A DNA stretch of 64,000 nt, taken from the human T2T-CHM13v2.0 reference genome, Homo sapiens. A program made the translations under genes and the position numbers. This document shows, in pieces, positions 1-14,689 of the stretch. Under the pieces are notes generated by a model. It had not been told where the DNA came from, ran no database searches, and saw only the letters and a list, made by a program, of their open reading frames with translations. The stretch's first letter is position 1; each line of letters begins with the position of its first letter. The stretch lies in assembly GCF_009914755.1 (NCBI RefSeq), contig NC_060940.1; one strand, given 5' to 3'.

Positions 1-1550
1 TTTACAAACATTTTCCCCAGATCAATATCCGTATTGATTATTCATTGTGAGTGAGTCGTGTGTCTTTGGTGATCCAGCTTGCAGAGGTAGCAGGCAAAGG
101 CTGCTGCGGGGGAAAAAAATAACAGAAGGCGAGAGGGACCCAGCTCTTGCTGGGTCTGCGGCTGTCGGCAACACAGAAGGGAAGAGAAAAAGAGAAAAGC
201 ACCTCAAAACCAAGGAATGGACACGGGTGGAAGAGAAAGAGGGAGCAATAGCAAGAAAAAAGGAATCGATGACTGGACATCTGGTCCCAGGGAATCTCGA
301 TGGCTTGGAGGAAACCCCCATCTTGGGTCTGCTGTTACGTGCAGGACGCAATGGACTTTGCTCTGGGAGTGCAAAGTGACTCACAGTTTTGGTATCTCCT
401 ACGTAAGAGCTTTGGGGGGATTCCTTGGCTTGCTGACAGGCAAGGAAGACAGCGGCAGCAGTGAGGTAAAACACGATTACTTCCAACTGCCTTGCGGAGG
501 AGGCGCAGTCGTGCGGTGTGACTTGGACAGCTTGCTGCTCTCTGATGGCACGCGGAGGGAGAATAATTAAAAAGGCCAGCATCACTTACTAAGTGAGTAA
601 ACACAGAGCCGTTCCAATCGTGCTCTCCAGCTAATGAGAAGCTGTAATTTCTTATACTTCAAGGCAAGATGAGACAGTGATGGGTTCAGTGGAGGGTGTG
701 TTTGCGTGGATATGGGGGTGGGGGGTAGTGGTGGTGGTAGAGTTAGATCGACTAATTGTTGGCAATGTTTAAGAAAGGGATTACTGGAAAAGACAGTGAA
801 ATGATGACAGGAAAACATCTTGGACCAGAGCCAAAAAAAAAAAAAAAAAAAATCGAGGCAAATCAAGTCTGCAGCTCGGAGAAAACACCCGTCGCTCCGG
901 TGGGAAGCTCCGACGGGAATTGCTCGATGTTCCTTAGCCAAGGACGGAATATCGTGTGAGCACAAGGGGACAGAATTAGGGACCACCAGAGTCCAGAGGA
1001 AAGAGCTACGGTATGCCAGGGTATACAGTGATGTCATACATTGAGAAAAAAAATGAAAACCCCAAAACCAGAACAGATCAAACCAAAACAATAAAAACCA
1101 ACCTGTGTCCTTTCCTTTTTATGGGAGGCTTCTGCTTCAGTTTATTAAAAGCAACCCTCAAATGTACCTTCTGATAGCAGGAGCTGCTGATTCTCTGTTT
1201 GTCTGCAGAAGCTGCTGCAGGGTTACTGAAAGACGCTGGAAAAAGGAGGTTGAGGAAATTAAGTTTTCCATTGGTTGGGTTTCTGGCAAACGTGCCAGGC
1301 GATCGTCTGCCATTTGGACAGCCATGGGGGTGCCAGTTTGGGATTCCTCTTCTGTTGTCACCCAGCTTTGGCTTGGTGATTTTAATACAGTGTTCCAAAC
1401 ACACATGACAAAGTGGGGACCTCAAGTAATAAAACGAGCTGGATTTTCTTTCTTTCTGGGTGTTCAGTTAACTGAGCTAAATGGTTCTCTTTCACATGAG
1501 TGGAATTGGGGCTCTTTAAGGATTTCTGGGACTGGAAGGTCACCCTTTTA
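1..1550. promoter_or_regulatory. Repeat-free, CpG-retaining promoter/5'-UTR-like or enhancer block (gene not identified)
   Basis: No interspersed repeats and visibly more CpGs than the flanks. Motifs: TACGTG (HRE core) 336-341, TGACTCA (AP-1) 377-383, TACGTAA 400-406, GTAAACA (forkhead) 597-603, CCAAT ~615, TGATGTCA (CRE/ATF-like) 1029-1036, ATTGG ~1270. Strong minus-strand polypyrimidine/AG acceptors near 105 and 163. Confidence 0.55.
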
Positions 1551-2761
1551 AGATATCCTCCTTCTTTTCTGATTGAGGTTTTAATTTCACATTGCTTCCT
1601 TATTTAGGACTCCCCAGTACATTCCAAGTTTCCTGAGCAGGAGAAATAGATTTTGCAGAAGTGAGCCACGGAGACCCAAATGAGGAGGAAATAAACCAGC
1701 TGTGGATGACTTGGGCACCCTCCATCGCATGTGTTTGGCATTCATAGAGACCTGTGTCTGCAGTGTGTGTGTGTGCGTGTGTGAAGGTATCGTGGCAAAT
1801 GTGTGCTTGTATGAGTGTGGCTCCGTGTCTATGTGTCTCTCCGAGAGGGAGGGAAAGGGAGCGAAGTCAGAACAGGCGGAATGTTTGGGTATTTATGTAA
1901 TTCATGCAGAGAATGTTCAATGCTGCAAGGCAGACAGTCACCCATCCCTGGACTCTGTGGCTGTGGAGGGCCTATACAGACCTGATCTGAATGTTAAATG
2001 CAGGAGATGAAATTAGCATACTAACCAAGGATGTCAACCCCTCCTCACAATCAGTAAATGGCTGTCTCCTCTCTCTAAAGCCGGCACAGCCATGCGCGCC
2101 AGCCACTTAACTATGTCCCCTGTCAGATCCTTTTTTGTGTTTGTTTTTTTGTTTTTATTTTTTGATGAAAGACTGGAAATTCATTAATGAGGAGGGAAGG
2201 AAGAGCTTCAAGGGGCTGTAATGAAAACAAATGATCCTCTTTAAACCTCATGATGGCCAAAGCCAGGCGGGCGGGGATTGCTTTCTGCTCTGGGGTTGGA
2301 GAATAGGAAATTCCACAGACAGCAGACCACTTGAGGAGATCCAAAGAATGATTTGCTTGGGAATATTTCTTCTGTGTGGCACAGATCGGCCATGACCGGT
2401 GTGTCTGTGTTAATAATATCGAGAATGAACTTTATCTTCCTAACTGTAAAAGAGAAGTGTTGTCTACCAGATGTTTCTCCACTGGGCTCAAGGTTATCAA
2501 AGTTTCTTGACCTTGTTGGGGTAGGAAGTGTCTTCTGGACTTTTTTGGCCAATTGCCTCAGCCTTTGAAGTGATAGAAATTTTTCTTTTGGGCTGTGCAT
2601 TAGGCCTTCCCCAAAGATAGTACTTGCTTTTATTTTAATCTCTATCATACAAAGAAGTACACAGAGAAAAAGATTTGATGTCCACTTTTAGAGAATCCCA
2701 TCCTAAAGCAGACAATGCTGTCTAGAAGCTGAGAATCAGGCATATTAGCCCCAGTATTTAA

Positions 2762-3106
<345 letters not shown>

Positions 3107-3403
3107 ACTTTTTCTTTATTTTAACCACTCTATCCTCAGAAACAAACTTCTTTCTTCCCACTGTACTTCACTGATTTGGCTTTAAACCAGGGGTCATAAC
3201 TCGGAAATCTCCAGGGACCTGTGCACACCAGCCTGAAGAGATGATGAGGAGGAGTGGGGCTTGGGATGAAATGGACCGGAGAGGCACTCGGCTCTGGTCA
3301 CCTGATGTATGGGGGAATAAAAGTTGTGCCATGTGTTGCCTGATCTTCCACTGTTCCAAGAGGTGGTAGAGATTGGTATGTGTAAATATCAAATATATCA
3401 ATT

Positions 3404-3694
3404 GTTTTTTTTTTTAGATAGCATCTCGCTCTGTCGCCCATGCTGGAGTGCAGTGGTGCAATCATGGCTCACTGCAGCCTTGACCTCCTGGGCTCAAGCA
3501 ATCCTCCCATCAGCCTCCAGAGCGGCTGGGACTATAGGCATGCGCCACCACGCTAGGCAAAGTTTCGTATTTTTTGAAGCCACCAGGTTTCACCATGTTG
3601 CCCAGGCTAGTCTTGAACTCCTGGGCTCAAGCAATCTGCCCACCTAGGCTTCCCAAAGGGCTGGGATTATAGGCGTGAGCCATTGCACCTGGCC
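3404..3694 (-). mobile_element. AluJ
   Basis: Alu sequence with J-type GCTCACTGCAGCCTTGACCTCCTGGGCTCAAGC; TSD CAAATATATCAAT on both sides. Confidence 0.93.
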
Positions 3695-4039
3695 CAAATA
3701 TATCAATCTTTTAAAAACCATCTATGAGTTAAGTGAAACATATTTGCAAAGACAGTTTTAGCCTACAGACACTACTCTGTAGTCTTTGTGTTAGTCTAAA
3801 GTTCCTAGAACAGGTGTTTTGGCTTTTATTCTATTTTGTATTATTTAAAAATATAGATATTAGCAAGGACACGGCATACGTCAAGGGAGTATGTGTTTTG
3901 CTGGACTAAGAGGGAAATGCTAATTTAAAACAATAAAGAGAGGAAGGGAATGGATGTCAGTGTGGCCTGCATGCCCTGTGGTCAACATCATTTTAGCAGG
4001 CATGATGTAATGCCATCTTTCTTTAAGGTAGTGATCTCT

Positions 4040-4332
4040 GGCTGGGCGCAGTGGCTCACGCCTGTAATCCCAGCCCTTTGCAAGGCCGAGGCAGGTGGAT
4101 CGCTTGAGATCAGGAGTTGGAGACCAGCCTGGCCAACACAGAGAAACCCCATCTCTACAAAGAATTAGCCAGGCCTGGTGGCACATGTCTGTAATCCCAG
4201 CTACTTGCGGGGCTGAAGCACGGGAATTGCTGAATTGCTTGAGCCTGAGAGGCAGAGGTTGTAGTGAGCTGAGATCATGCCACTGCACCCCAGCCTGGGC
4301 AACAGAGCAAGACTCCACCTTAAAAAAAAAAT
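4040..4332 (+). mobile_element. Alu (old S/J)
   Basis: GGCTGGGCGCAGTGGCTCACGCC...A-tail; TSD GTAGTGATCTCT. Confidence 0.93.
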
Positions 4333-4719
4333 AAGTAGTGATCTCTACAAAGGGTTTTTCCTCCACAAAGGGTCATAACTGGGAAGCTTAAATATCTAAA
4401 AAGAAATGCATTCACATAGTTTTGATGCAGATCTACATCCATTTTAAAAACAATTAGTGATTAGTGTCAGTTCAACATTTTTCTTTTTCATTTTAAAAAA
4501 TGTTCTTCTTACCCATCCACAGCACTCTTCATCTCAAGTGAGTAAGAAAAAAAAGATAGAAATCCCCAGAAGAGAGAGATCCTGCCTGTAGTTTGGAAGA
4601 AGCCACGCGGTACCTGAGATAACTTCAACAGCAAAGGGCACTTCAGCAAATGGTGAAGACAGCAAGAAGGCTCCTCTTCTCACACAATGACATCTCACAA
4701 TCGTGCAGGGCTTTCCAAT

Positions 4720-4900
4720 TTCCACGGTGCTCTTCACACATATTACCCTGTTTAATTCTCACTACAACCAGTGATATCGGCGAGACAGATAGTCTTTAGC
4801 TAACTTTACAGATGAGGGTACTCAGGCTCACAGAGAGAGGACTTGCCTAAGGTTGAAAGATAATAAGAGACAGCTGCAGGTCTTCTGGGTCTTAATCTGG
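4720..4900 (-). mobile_element. MIR fragment
   Basis: MIR core TTTACAGATGAGGGTACTCAGGCTCA...CTTGCCTAAGG. Confidence 0.6.
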
Positions 4901-4993
4901 TGCCATTTTAGTATTTTTCATAGGTTCTTATAAAAAACATCCTCTTTAGAACCCGTGACTTAAAGGTGCCTTGATTCTTAAAAAATAAAATTC

Positions 4994-5394
4994 TTTAGAG
5001 ATAGGGTCTTGCTGTGTTGTCCACGCTGGAGTGGTCACAGCTCACTGCAGCCTTATTCTCCTGGGATCAAGTAATCCTCTCACCTCAGCCTCTTAAGTAG
5101 CTGGGACTACAGGTGCACACCACTATGCCCAGCTAATTTTTTTTAAAAGATGGGGTTTTGCCATGTTGTCTACCCTGGACTGAGACTCCTGCCCTCAAGC
5201 AAATCCTCCTCCAAATTGCTGGAATTATGGGTGTGAGCCACCAAATGCAGCCTTTTTTTTTTTTTTTTTTTTTTTGGAGAGAACACGGTCTTGCTTTGTA
5301 GCTTGAGCTAGTATTGAACTCCTGGCCTCAAGCTATCTTCCTGCCTCAGCCTCCTAAAGTGCTGGGATTACAGGCATGAGCCACTATGCCCACC
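4994..5394 (-). mobile_element. AluJ plus FLAM monomer in tandem
   Basis: Diverged dimeric Alu 4994-5252, T-run, left monomer 5254-5394; one TSD (CCTTGATTCTT) flanks the pair. Confidence 0.85.
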
Positions 5395-5599
5395 CGCTTC
5401 CTTGATTCTTGATCCATGCTCATCCCCGCCTCACTTCTTCACCATGAGGTTTTTTTTCTCATAGCCTATGTTATTTGTAGTTATGTGCACTTTGAAAATA
5501 CTTCCTGTATCCTGCCAGCGAGGAAGAACCACAGCTAATTTCCACTGGCAAAGGCAGAAGCCATCCTTAACTTCCCATTTTCCTCTATTTGTTCCTCCT

Positions 5600-6850
5600 T
5601 TCCTTGAAAGTCAAGTTTACCCATGAGCTGGTCTACATTTGTACTATTTTTACTTCTTCACTCCGCTTTGCATCTCTACCCAGGGCTATCTGCTTTCATT
5701 CCTACTTTCCCATTAAAACTGCTCTAAGTCATTAACAACCAATTCCACTGTGCCTTCCTCTCTGAATCATTGTATTCAGTGACCACTCCCTCTCGCAAGA
5801 CGTCTCCTCTGTCATACCTGGCATCATTCTATTCCTTCTTCATTTCTGGTTACCTCCTCTCTAGCTTCATGTCAGACTTATCTTCCTTTATTAATGCCTT
5901 AAATATTAGTGTTTCTGAAGAGGGTTTCTGTGGCCACCTTCTATTCTTAACTGTAAACACTTTGTTTTGTGTAATGTAAAGCCTTGGCTTCAATGATCAT
6001 CTATAGGCTGATCATCAATTATCATCTCCATCCCAAACCACTCTCCTGAATTCAACCCAGGATCTCTGGCTCCCTGCTGTTACCTCCTTGGGATGGTCCA
6101 CGAGCCCTTCAATTCAGGGCACCCCAAATCATCCCCAAACCTGCCTCCCTTCACCCTCTTCTTTTTCTCCCCCAGCTGCTCTTCAAATTCTCTCATTTCT
6201 TTCCCTATTTCTATTTTCTCTTTTTTATTGTATTCCTATCGCTCTTCTCTTATTTTCCTAGTGGCTTTTCCAAAGGCCTAACTGTTCTCATCATTCTCAG
6301 ATATGCCTTGCCCACAATGCCTTCTCTGTACTATGTCTAATTGACCTACAGAAAGTGCAAATGTGATTATCTTGCTCGCCTTTGTGAGATCCTTCTGAGG
6401 ATCCCACCTTCTTACATGGCCTTCCAGGCTGTTCATGACCTGTGTGCTGCCTCTCCCTCGCCTGCTCTCTTCTAACTCGTCCATTGCCCATGCTCTGCTT
6501 CTAGGTCATAAAATGCCCCATAACTCTTTCATGCCTCTAGGATTCCATATGAGGTTCCTGCTTCCTGGAACGTTCACCTCGGCTTCCTTCATTTGACCAA
6601 CTCCTCCTCCCCTTTCAAGACTGTTCCAGCAAGAAGCATTTCTCCCCCGACCGAAACCTCCCATGCTGGGTTACGTGCTACTGCAAGACCCTATTCCTGC
6701 TTCCCTCTCCCACAGCATGACTCCACTTTCACAATGACCAAGTTTTCCCATTTGACCATGAGACACATGGAGGCAGAGACCGTGCCCTTCATCCCTGTCT
6801 TCCCAGCACCCAGCACAGATCCCAAAATAAACTGGGTGCTTAATAAATTA
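5600..6850 (+). mobile_element. L2 (LINE2) 3' region
   Basis: Pyrimidine-rich degenerate L2 body ending in CAGCACCCAGCACAGA...GTGCTTAATAAAT, the L2 3' terminus. Confidence 0.6.
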
Positions 6851-7546
6851 ATATTACTATTTTTATTCCAAGTATCATAAATAGTATTTTTCCAGCTGTA
6901 AGATTACAGGCCTCCAAAATAATCAAGCTGAGGGAAATACAGCGACCGTTTCCCATAGAGAAAAAAGGATTTCCTATTGGGCAATTCTCACCTACATCAC
7001 TTTTTTGACTTCTTTCAGGCGAGAGACAAGCAGTGGGGTGGTCTTTAGGTGTTTGCTGATGTGGTAGAAACTTTGGAGTTAATTAGAAGCTCTGGCTAAG
7101 GCCGAACTTCCTTTGCAGAGTTCCTGGGAGGAAACACTAAATTAACAGTTCAAGGTTACTATTAGAAAAATGGCCTGTTTCCCTATGTTATGCCTCAGAG
7201 AGTTTGTTCTTCTCTCTGCCATTTCTAAGATGTTTCCATTTTCCTTTTTACCTGGGTAGGTTTGCCACCCTAAGCCCAGTCATTCCAACACAGGTGAAAG
7301 CTCTTGAGGTCAGGGACTGATTCTTCGCCTATCTTCCAGCAGCGGTAGATTCTGGGGCACTCAATTAGTACCTGGTGGAGTTGAATAGTGAGAAAATCTG
7401 CTCATCACAGAAGAAGGAACGGGGATGATTTCCTAAGTTCCCATTTTCCACAAAGCAGAAAATGGCATGAGATCAGTAGTACCAGACCTCCCTGGCAGTG
7501 CTAGAAATATCTCAAGATACTATGAGCAATTTCTAAATTTGGAAAT

Positions 7547-8525
<979 letters not shown>

Positions 8526-9156
8526 AATACATACTATCAGGATATACTAGTGAAAGAGTAGAGTTTTGCTTATTTCCAAATAGAGAAAAGGATCATCAAA
8601 CTCACAGGGCATTTCTGACTTTGAAGTCCCTTCTTTAAATTGTACAAAACATCTACTTTCTGGCAAAGTTCATCTGTGCTTTCTTAGAAGTTTTCATATA
8701 AATAATTGGCACTCACCAGAAGTTGTCTAACTGTTGGGGATGGGGTGGTGCATTTTTCTCAAAGAAAGAAAACTGGTTTGCTGCCAGGAGAGGCAAAGAC
8801 TAGGCAATTGATGAGACCCCACTGGAAGCTGAAGGACCTCCCGCTGTTTATGATTTAAAGTCGGCCTTGGCGAAATGACAGATGACTCACGTTAGGCACC
8901 TGTGCCCATATACAGAGGATTATACATGATAGTCTGAAAAGTATTCTTTTGAGCTAAATCTTGCCCTTTTTGAGTTATACCATCATGACATTTCATATGG
9001 AAAGCAGCTGCTTAGAAACTCATTTTTGCTTTTTGCTTATTGAGTCCCATCTTGTTGCAAAGAATGGATACAGAATTCTAAAACGCAATGCTACCCTTTT
9101 CACACTAACCAAAGGCACAGAGGTACATGTGTTTTAGATGTCAGGAAAGGGGGTCA

Positions 9157-10010
<854 letters not shown>

Positions 10011-10873
10011 CAGTAGGGTCCTGGTGCCTAGATTTCCACTCCAGATCCTCCTTCTACAACTATGAACTGTCTGCCACCCCCACACCCACCCCATTAGCCT
10101 GGTAACTACTGCTCCATGGGTTAGTGTCTTCTTTGGCAGAAAGACTTGGTGCTACATCAGCCAAGTTAGAATTTTTTAGAGCAGGAACCACTGAGTGTGA
10201 GTTTTTCGTGTCTCTTGACTATACATAAAAATAGCTATGAACAGATAATACTCACAGCATATTAATGTAAGACAAAGCAAAACGGATCACAGAAGCTACA
10301 GAAGGAATGCTCCTTTTAAAAGAGATCAATTATTTCTTCAGTTCTCTGTAGCAATTTGCAAGATGCTCCCTTGGAAAAGCCCACAGGGAAATGCTGCTGG
10401 ATATATAAACCCTAAAGCTTATAACTGATCATGCAATAACGAGACAAGAAAGCTGTGCTGGACAAACTGGATGAGGCTGGTTAATTTCCAACAAGCCTGT
10501 CTTAACGAGCGGAGTACAGGCTTAACACTGGCCATTTCAAGGTGCCAGCAACCTTGCCATCAGTGTGGAGGTGTGGGGTAGAGGGTAAGATAGCACAGTC
10601 CTGGGGAAGCCATTGCAGCAACTGGGCCGTGCTATGGAATAATGAATCACGAGGCATTTGGGCAAGAAGTTATAACCAGAAGGACGTGGCAATAGCAAGA
10701 CAAATCACAATGGACTTAGTGGGTCCTGACAGTGAAAAGGAGGTCAGAGGCTGGAGTGTGTGGTTAAATGAGTAGGGTCTACCACTGTGCAGTTCAGCCA
10801 GGAGAGCTGAGTGGTCCAGACAGCTACAGAAGCACCAAGATTGGAGCTAGTGGCACAGCTCAGGCTGGCTCAC

Positions 10874-11046
10874 CTCTGCTCAGCTAAGTTGGGTTATATA
10901 AGCAGGTATCAACATTTTGAAGTGGTTATATAGGCCTGGTGGGATGGGTGTCCCTTCGTCCACTTCATCACATAAGAGATAAATCTTTGCTATAAATTGC
11001 TCATGCTTCAGCAAAGAACAATATTTCTTAGTGGGTATTGGAAGGT
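10874..11046 (-). other. Candidate 173-nt spliced exon
   Basis: Acceptor tttgcctgttgcctccAG|ACCTT, donor GAG|GTGAGC; open in phase 1 until TGA at 10882-10880. Confidence 0.3.
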
Positions 11047-12899
11047 CTGGAGGCAACAGGCAAATTCTATTTCTCCATGGCTGTGTCCCACTCACTCTCT
11101 ATTCTTCACCCATTTTTGTCCTCATTGTACTCATAGCCAATCAAACTGAGGATCCACAAAGGCTGATATCAGATGTAACTTCATCAGAATATCCTCCTTG
11201 TGAAAGATCTGTACCTATATTTAATCTGCCAAGGTAATAGGTTTAAGTGAAACACAGCTGACATATCCAACCCACTAAGCTATTATATTTGCATTTTATA
11301 TTGAACATCCCTGTAATATTCTCGTTGCTAGATGGAACTGACATTTCCATATGACGGTAAAGGCTAAATTGTGAATTGCTTTCATCGGGGTTTTGCTTCA
11401 GTGATTTCACCACGCTATAGACATAGACAAAAAATCACAACAAATACACATAAGTATCCAACACGTTTTGTGTGTGTGTGTGTGTGTGTGTATAGTCTGT
11501 TCAGTGGCTTAATTTGGACTTACGCAACAGATCACCCACCCAGAATCTAATTATTCAGCAACCATGTTACTTATTTGGAATTGATAATAATAATAAATGT
11601 TTTCTAAGAAGCTGGAGAAGCTGTCACTGAAGTGACATCATGGAGGTTCAGAGATGGTAGAGAATGCCGGTAGAGAACGCCTCAAGTGCTTGGTCTCAGT
11701 TGGATGTGAGGTCTGTTTTAAGAATGGTACACTGATGGCCAGGAGCCCTTGGGGATCATGCACCATGCTAGGCAGCCCTCCTTTCAAAGAAAGGCTTGTG
11801 AAATCAGGACTTGGGATCTTAGATCTTTTTTAGTGTGGGATTTGCAGGAAAGCAAGTTTGGCCTTTGCAAGGATGGGAAGTGGCAGCACTGGTCCATCGG
11901 AGGAGGGTTTTTGGGAATATTTTTGAGTGGCAGATGAAGGATTCTAGAAGAGTATTCATCCTGAGGAGAGGGTCAGACACACAGGCTTGACTTAAGAAGG
12001 ATGACACAGTAATCAAAGGGGTGGGCGGATTTGGGGTACAGGACGCCTTCCACTGTGAAGAAGACAGATTATCCTTCTCTCCTCCATCCTCCAAGCCACA
12101 TCCCAGCACACAGGCTGAATCCCAGTGACAAGTGAAAGATTCGAGAATGATTTTCACACAAAGCCTCTTCGAGGGACAGGACATGGGGGCCAGAAGGGCT
12201 TTGGGAACAAGGCAACTGATTATGGCATAACAGTCAAGGAAAGAGATTCTTTCCCAGCTATGGAGGAGTTTCCAGGCTGTGGAAATGCCAAAGGTGAAAA
12301 TGACAAAGTGGAATTGAGGGAATTTCAACCCGAAGCAGACACCTGTGCTCATGGCCATACCAGCCCCATGTCCAGCGGGATCCCTTAGTGACTGGAACCT
12401 GTGATATCACCAACTATGGCAGCAGGGAGATGTTGGCACACAGTGATGCCACCAGCTTGAGGAAGGACAGGAGAGACTGCCTTTGCACGGACAGCAACCA
12501 GGAGATCTCCCAGCAGCAGGGACAGAGCAGGATGGGGCACCCTCACAAAGACTGATACATGGCAGAGGACTTAGAAACCAGCAGGGGTTGAGAAGACTGA
12601 TGTGAACACATGTGACATCCCCTTTCCCAGTTCACTCCCCAGAGTACCTGGGGGAGATTTGGAGCAGAAGTGGGGGCTTACAATTGCAGGTGGAGGTCAA
12701 AGCCACCTATATTAACAGAGCCCAGCTCTATATAGCTTTGACCAGAGAAACTGGTGATCTCAGCAACCTATTCTTGGAAACTCTGTGAAGGGAGGATGGG
12801 TGGTCAAACTCCACTTGTATGGACAATGATAACTAATTTAGAACCTTGCGCTTACATTTCCCCCAAAACTCATAGCAGTCACCACACTGCCCTCTCATT

Positions 12900-13260
12900 G
12901 TTGATTTACTCATCTGTCTCCTCTTGCAAGATGTAAGCTCCTTGAGGAAAGGAACTATATTTTATTCATCTTCACATCCCCACTTTTCTGTTTTTTTGTT
13001 TGTTTCTTTGTTTAATACAGTCTCGCTCTGTCACCCAGGCTGGAGTTCAGTTGTGTGATCATAGCTCACTGTAGCCTCAAACTCTTGGGCTCTAGCAATC
13101 CTCCTGCCTTGGCCTCCCAAAGCACTGGGATTACAGGCATGAACCACTGCATGGGGCCCACATTCCAAATTTTCAACACTGTGTCAGGCAAACAGCAGAC
13201 ACTCAATCCAGGCATGTTGGATGAATAAATAGATGATGCCTTAAAAAAATAGATGATGAA
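12900..13260. mobile_element. L2 3' end (+) interrupted by an Alu right monomer/FRAM (-, ~12990-13158)
   Basis: GATGTAAGCTCCTTGAGG...ACTGTGTCAGGCA...CACTCAAT...GAATAAAT flanking a monomeric Alu. Confidence 0.75.
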
Positions 13261-14689
13261 TAAGTCATAATAATGAGATGGCCTCAAATGAGAGGTAGGT
13301 TATGTAAATAAGCAAAGATGGTGTCCAAGGATGTTGTTCCAAAGACGTAGGGCTCCTTCTGGGGAGGCTGTCATGGGGAGTTAGGAGGAATTTGTATGGT
13401 CCAGAGCTGGCCCCTACCTGGGCCCTTCCAGAACCCCATGGAAACTCATCAGATTGTAGCCCCTAGTACTGATCTAGGTGTTCTTGAGGTGAGCAGAGAG
13501 GGTAGCTGGGCCACACCTCAACTACTTTAAACTCTTAGTAATTGAAGAAGTGAAAGCGTAAGAGTAAGGGTCCTAGAAGGTGAGAAGAGATGACAGATGA
13601 ACTTGTCCTGCCTCTTTAGGTCTGGGAACCTTAAGAGGGTTGAGTCCTTGGGCGTGGACCATGATAGGCTATACTTCAGTGAGATGTGGGCCTTGGGCTG
13701 CTGTGGGATGTGCACAGAGATTATTCCACAGGACAGAGGCCATTCCCCTGTTTCCTTCTCTTAGGATGTAGTAAGGAAGCTCCACTCCTGTGAGCAGTCC
13801 CAGGGTCCCAGCCAAGGTTTCTTGGTTATGCTTCCAACAAGGGTGGCACTTTGGCCAGAGGAGCTTCACTAGATGACAGGGCAGTTACATGTCTGTTGAT
13901 TCCAAGCCGCAGAGTTGTGACCTTTTAGGAGAGAGCCGAGGCATTATGAGCCAGGAGTGAACCATCCTGAACACCAAGCATGGCTGGCAGCATCAGGTGA
14001 GTGCTGGAGACTAGCTCTTCCCTCCTGGCCAGGAGCTTGGGAGAATGAGGCTTGGCCAATGAAACGCACATAAGTCACATATCTATGAGGTCTCTGTCCC
14101 CATCCAGGTTTGGAGCTATGAACACAAGACTCAGGATCAGAAGTCTGTGGGTAATGGTTCAGAATCCAGGCTGACTGCGCTCCTAAACAGCCAGCTGGGT
14201 CATCGCCAGCCATCGAACCCCGAGGTGCTGGGTGGGCCAGGCTTTTGGAAGCTGTCTCCTCCATGACCATAGCCTCATAATGAAGGGGGTCTTTCCCAGC
14301 TGAACATATCTCTTGATTAATCTCTATTTGCTGTTCATCTATATGTATTTAAAAAAGGAGAGAGCCATGATAACACAATGTCCTTCTAAATGCTCGTATC
14401 TTAAAGCAAGTCTACATATTCTTTAGATACGATGTGCTTAAAATAAGCAGCAATTTAGGGTACACTTTTTCACTTTTAAAACTTGCAACTGACTTCGGTT
14501 CCTATATAATAAAGTTTTATACAAACTAGTAATTCTAAAATGATTCTTTCATTCTTGACTGGTTGAGAAACTGAGGGTTGTAGAAGTTTTGTAAAGTAAT
14601 ATTTAGTGTCCCCAGAGGAAGTTATGTCCCTTTATACTCCTTCATGTATGTGTGTATTTGCTTCAAGGTTTTCAGGCACTGAGTGCCAG

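Noticed and set aside
22-1551. ORFs of 110-187 aa on both strands
   Set aside because: No recognisable domain, mutually overlapping, several include poly-A/T-derived runs; better explained as regulatory or UTR sequence
11750-12850. Possible very old LTR remnants (also ~10300-10870 and ~60860-61600), including the 179-aa ORF 11819-12358
   Set aside because: Could not match to any consensus from memory; the ORF has no recognisable features
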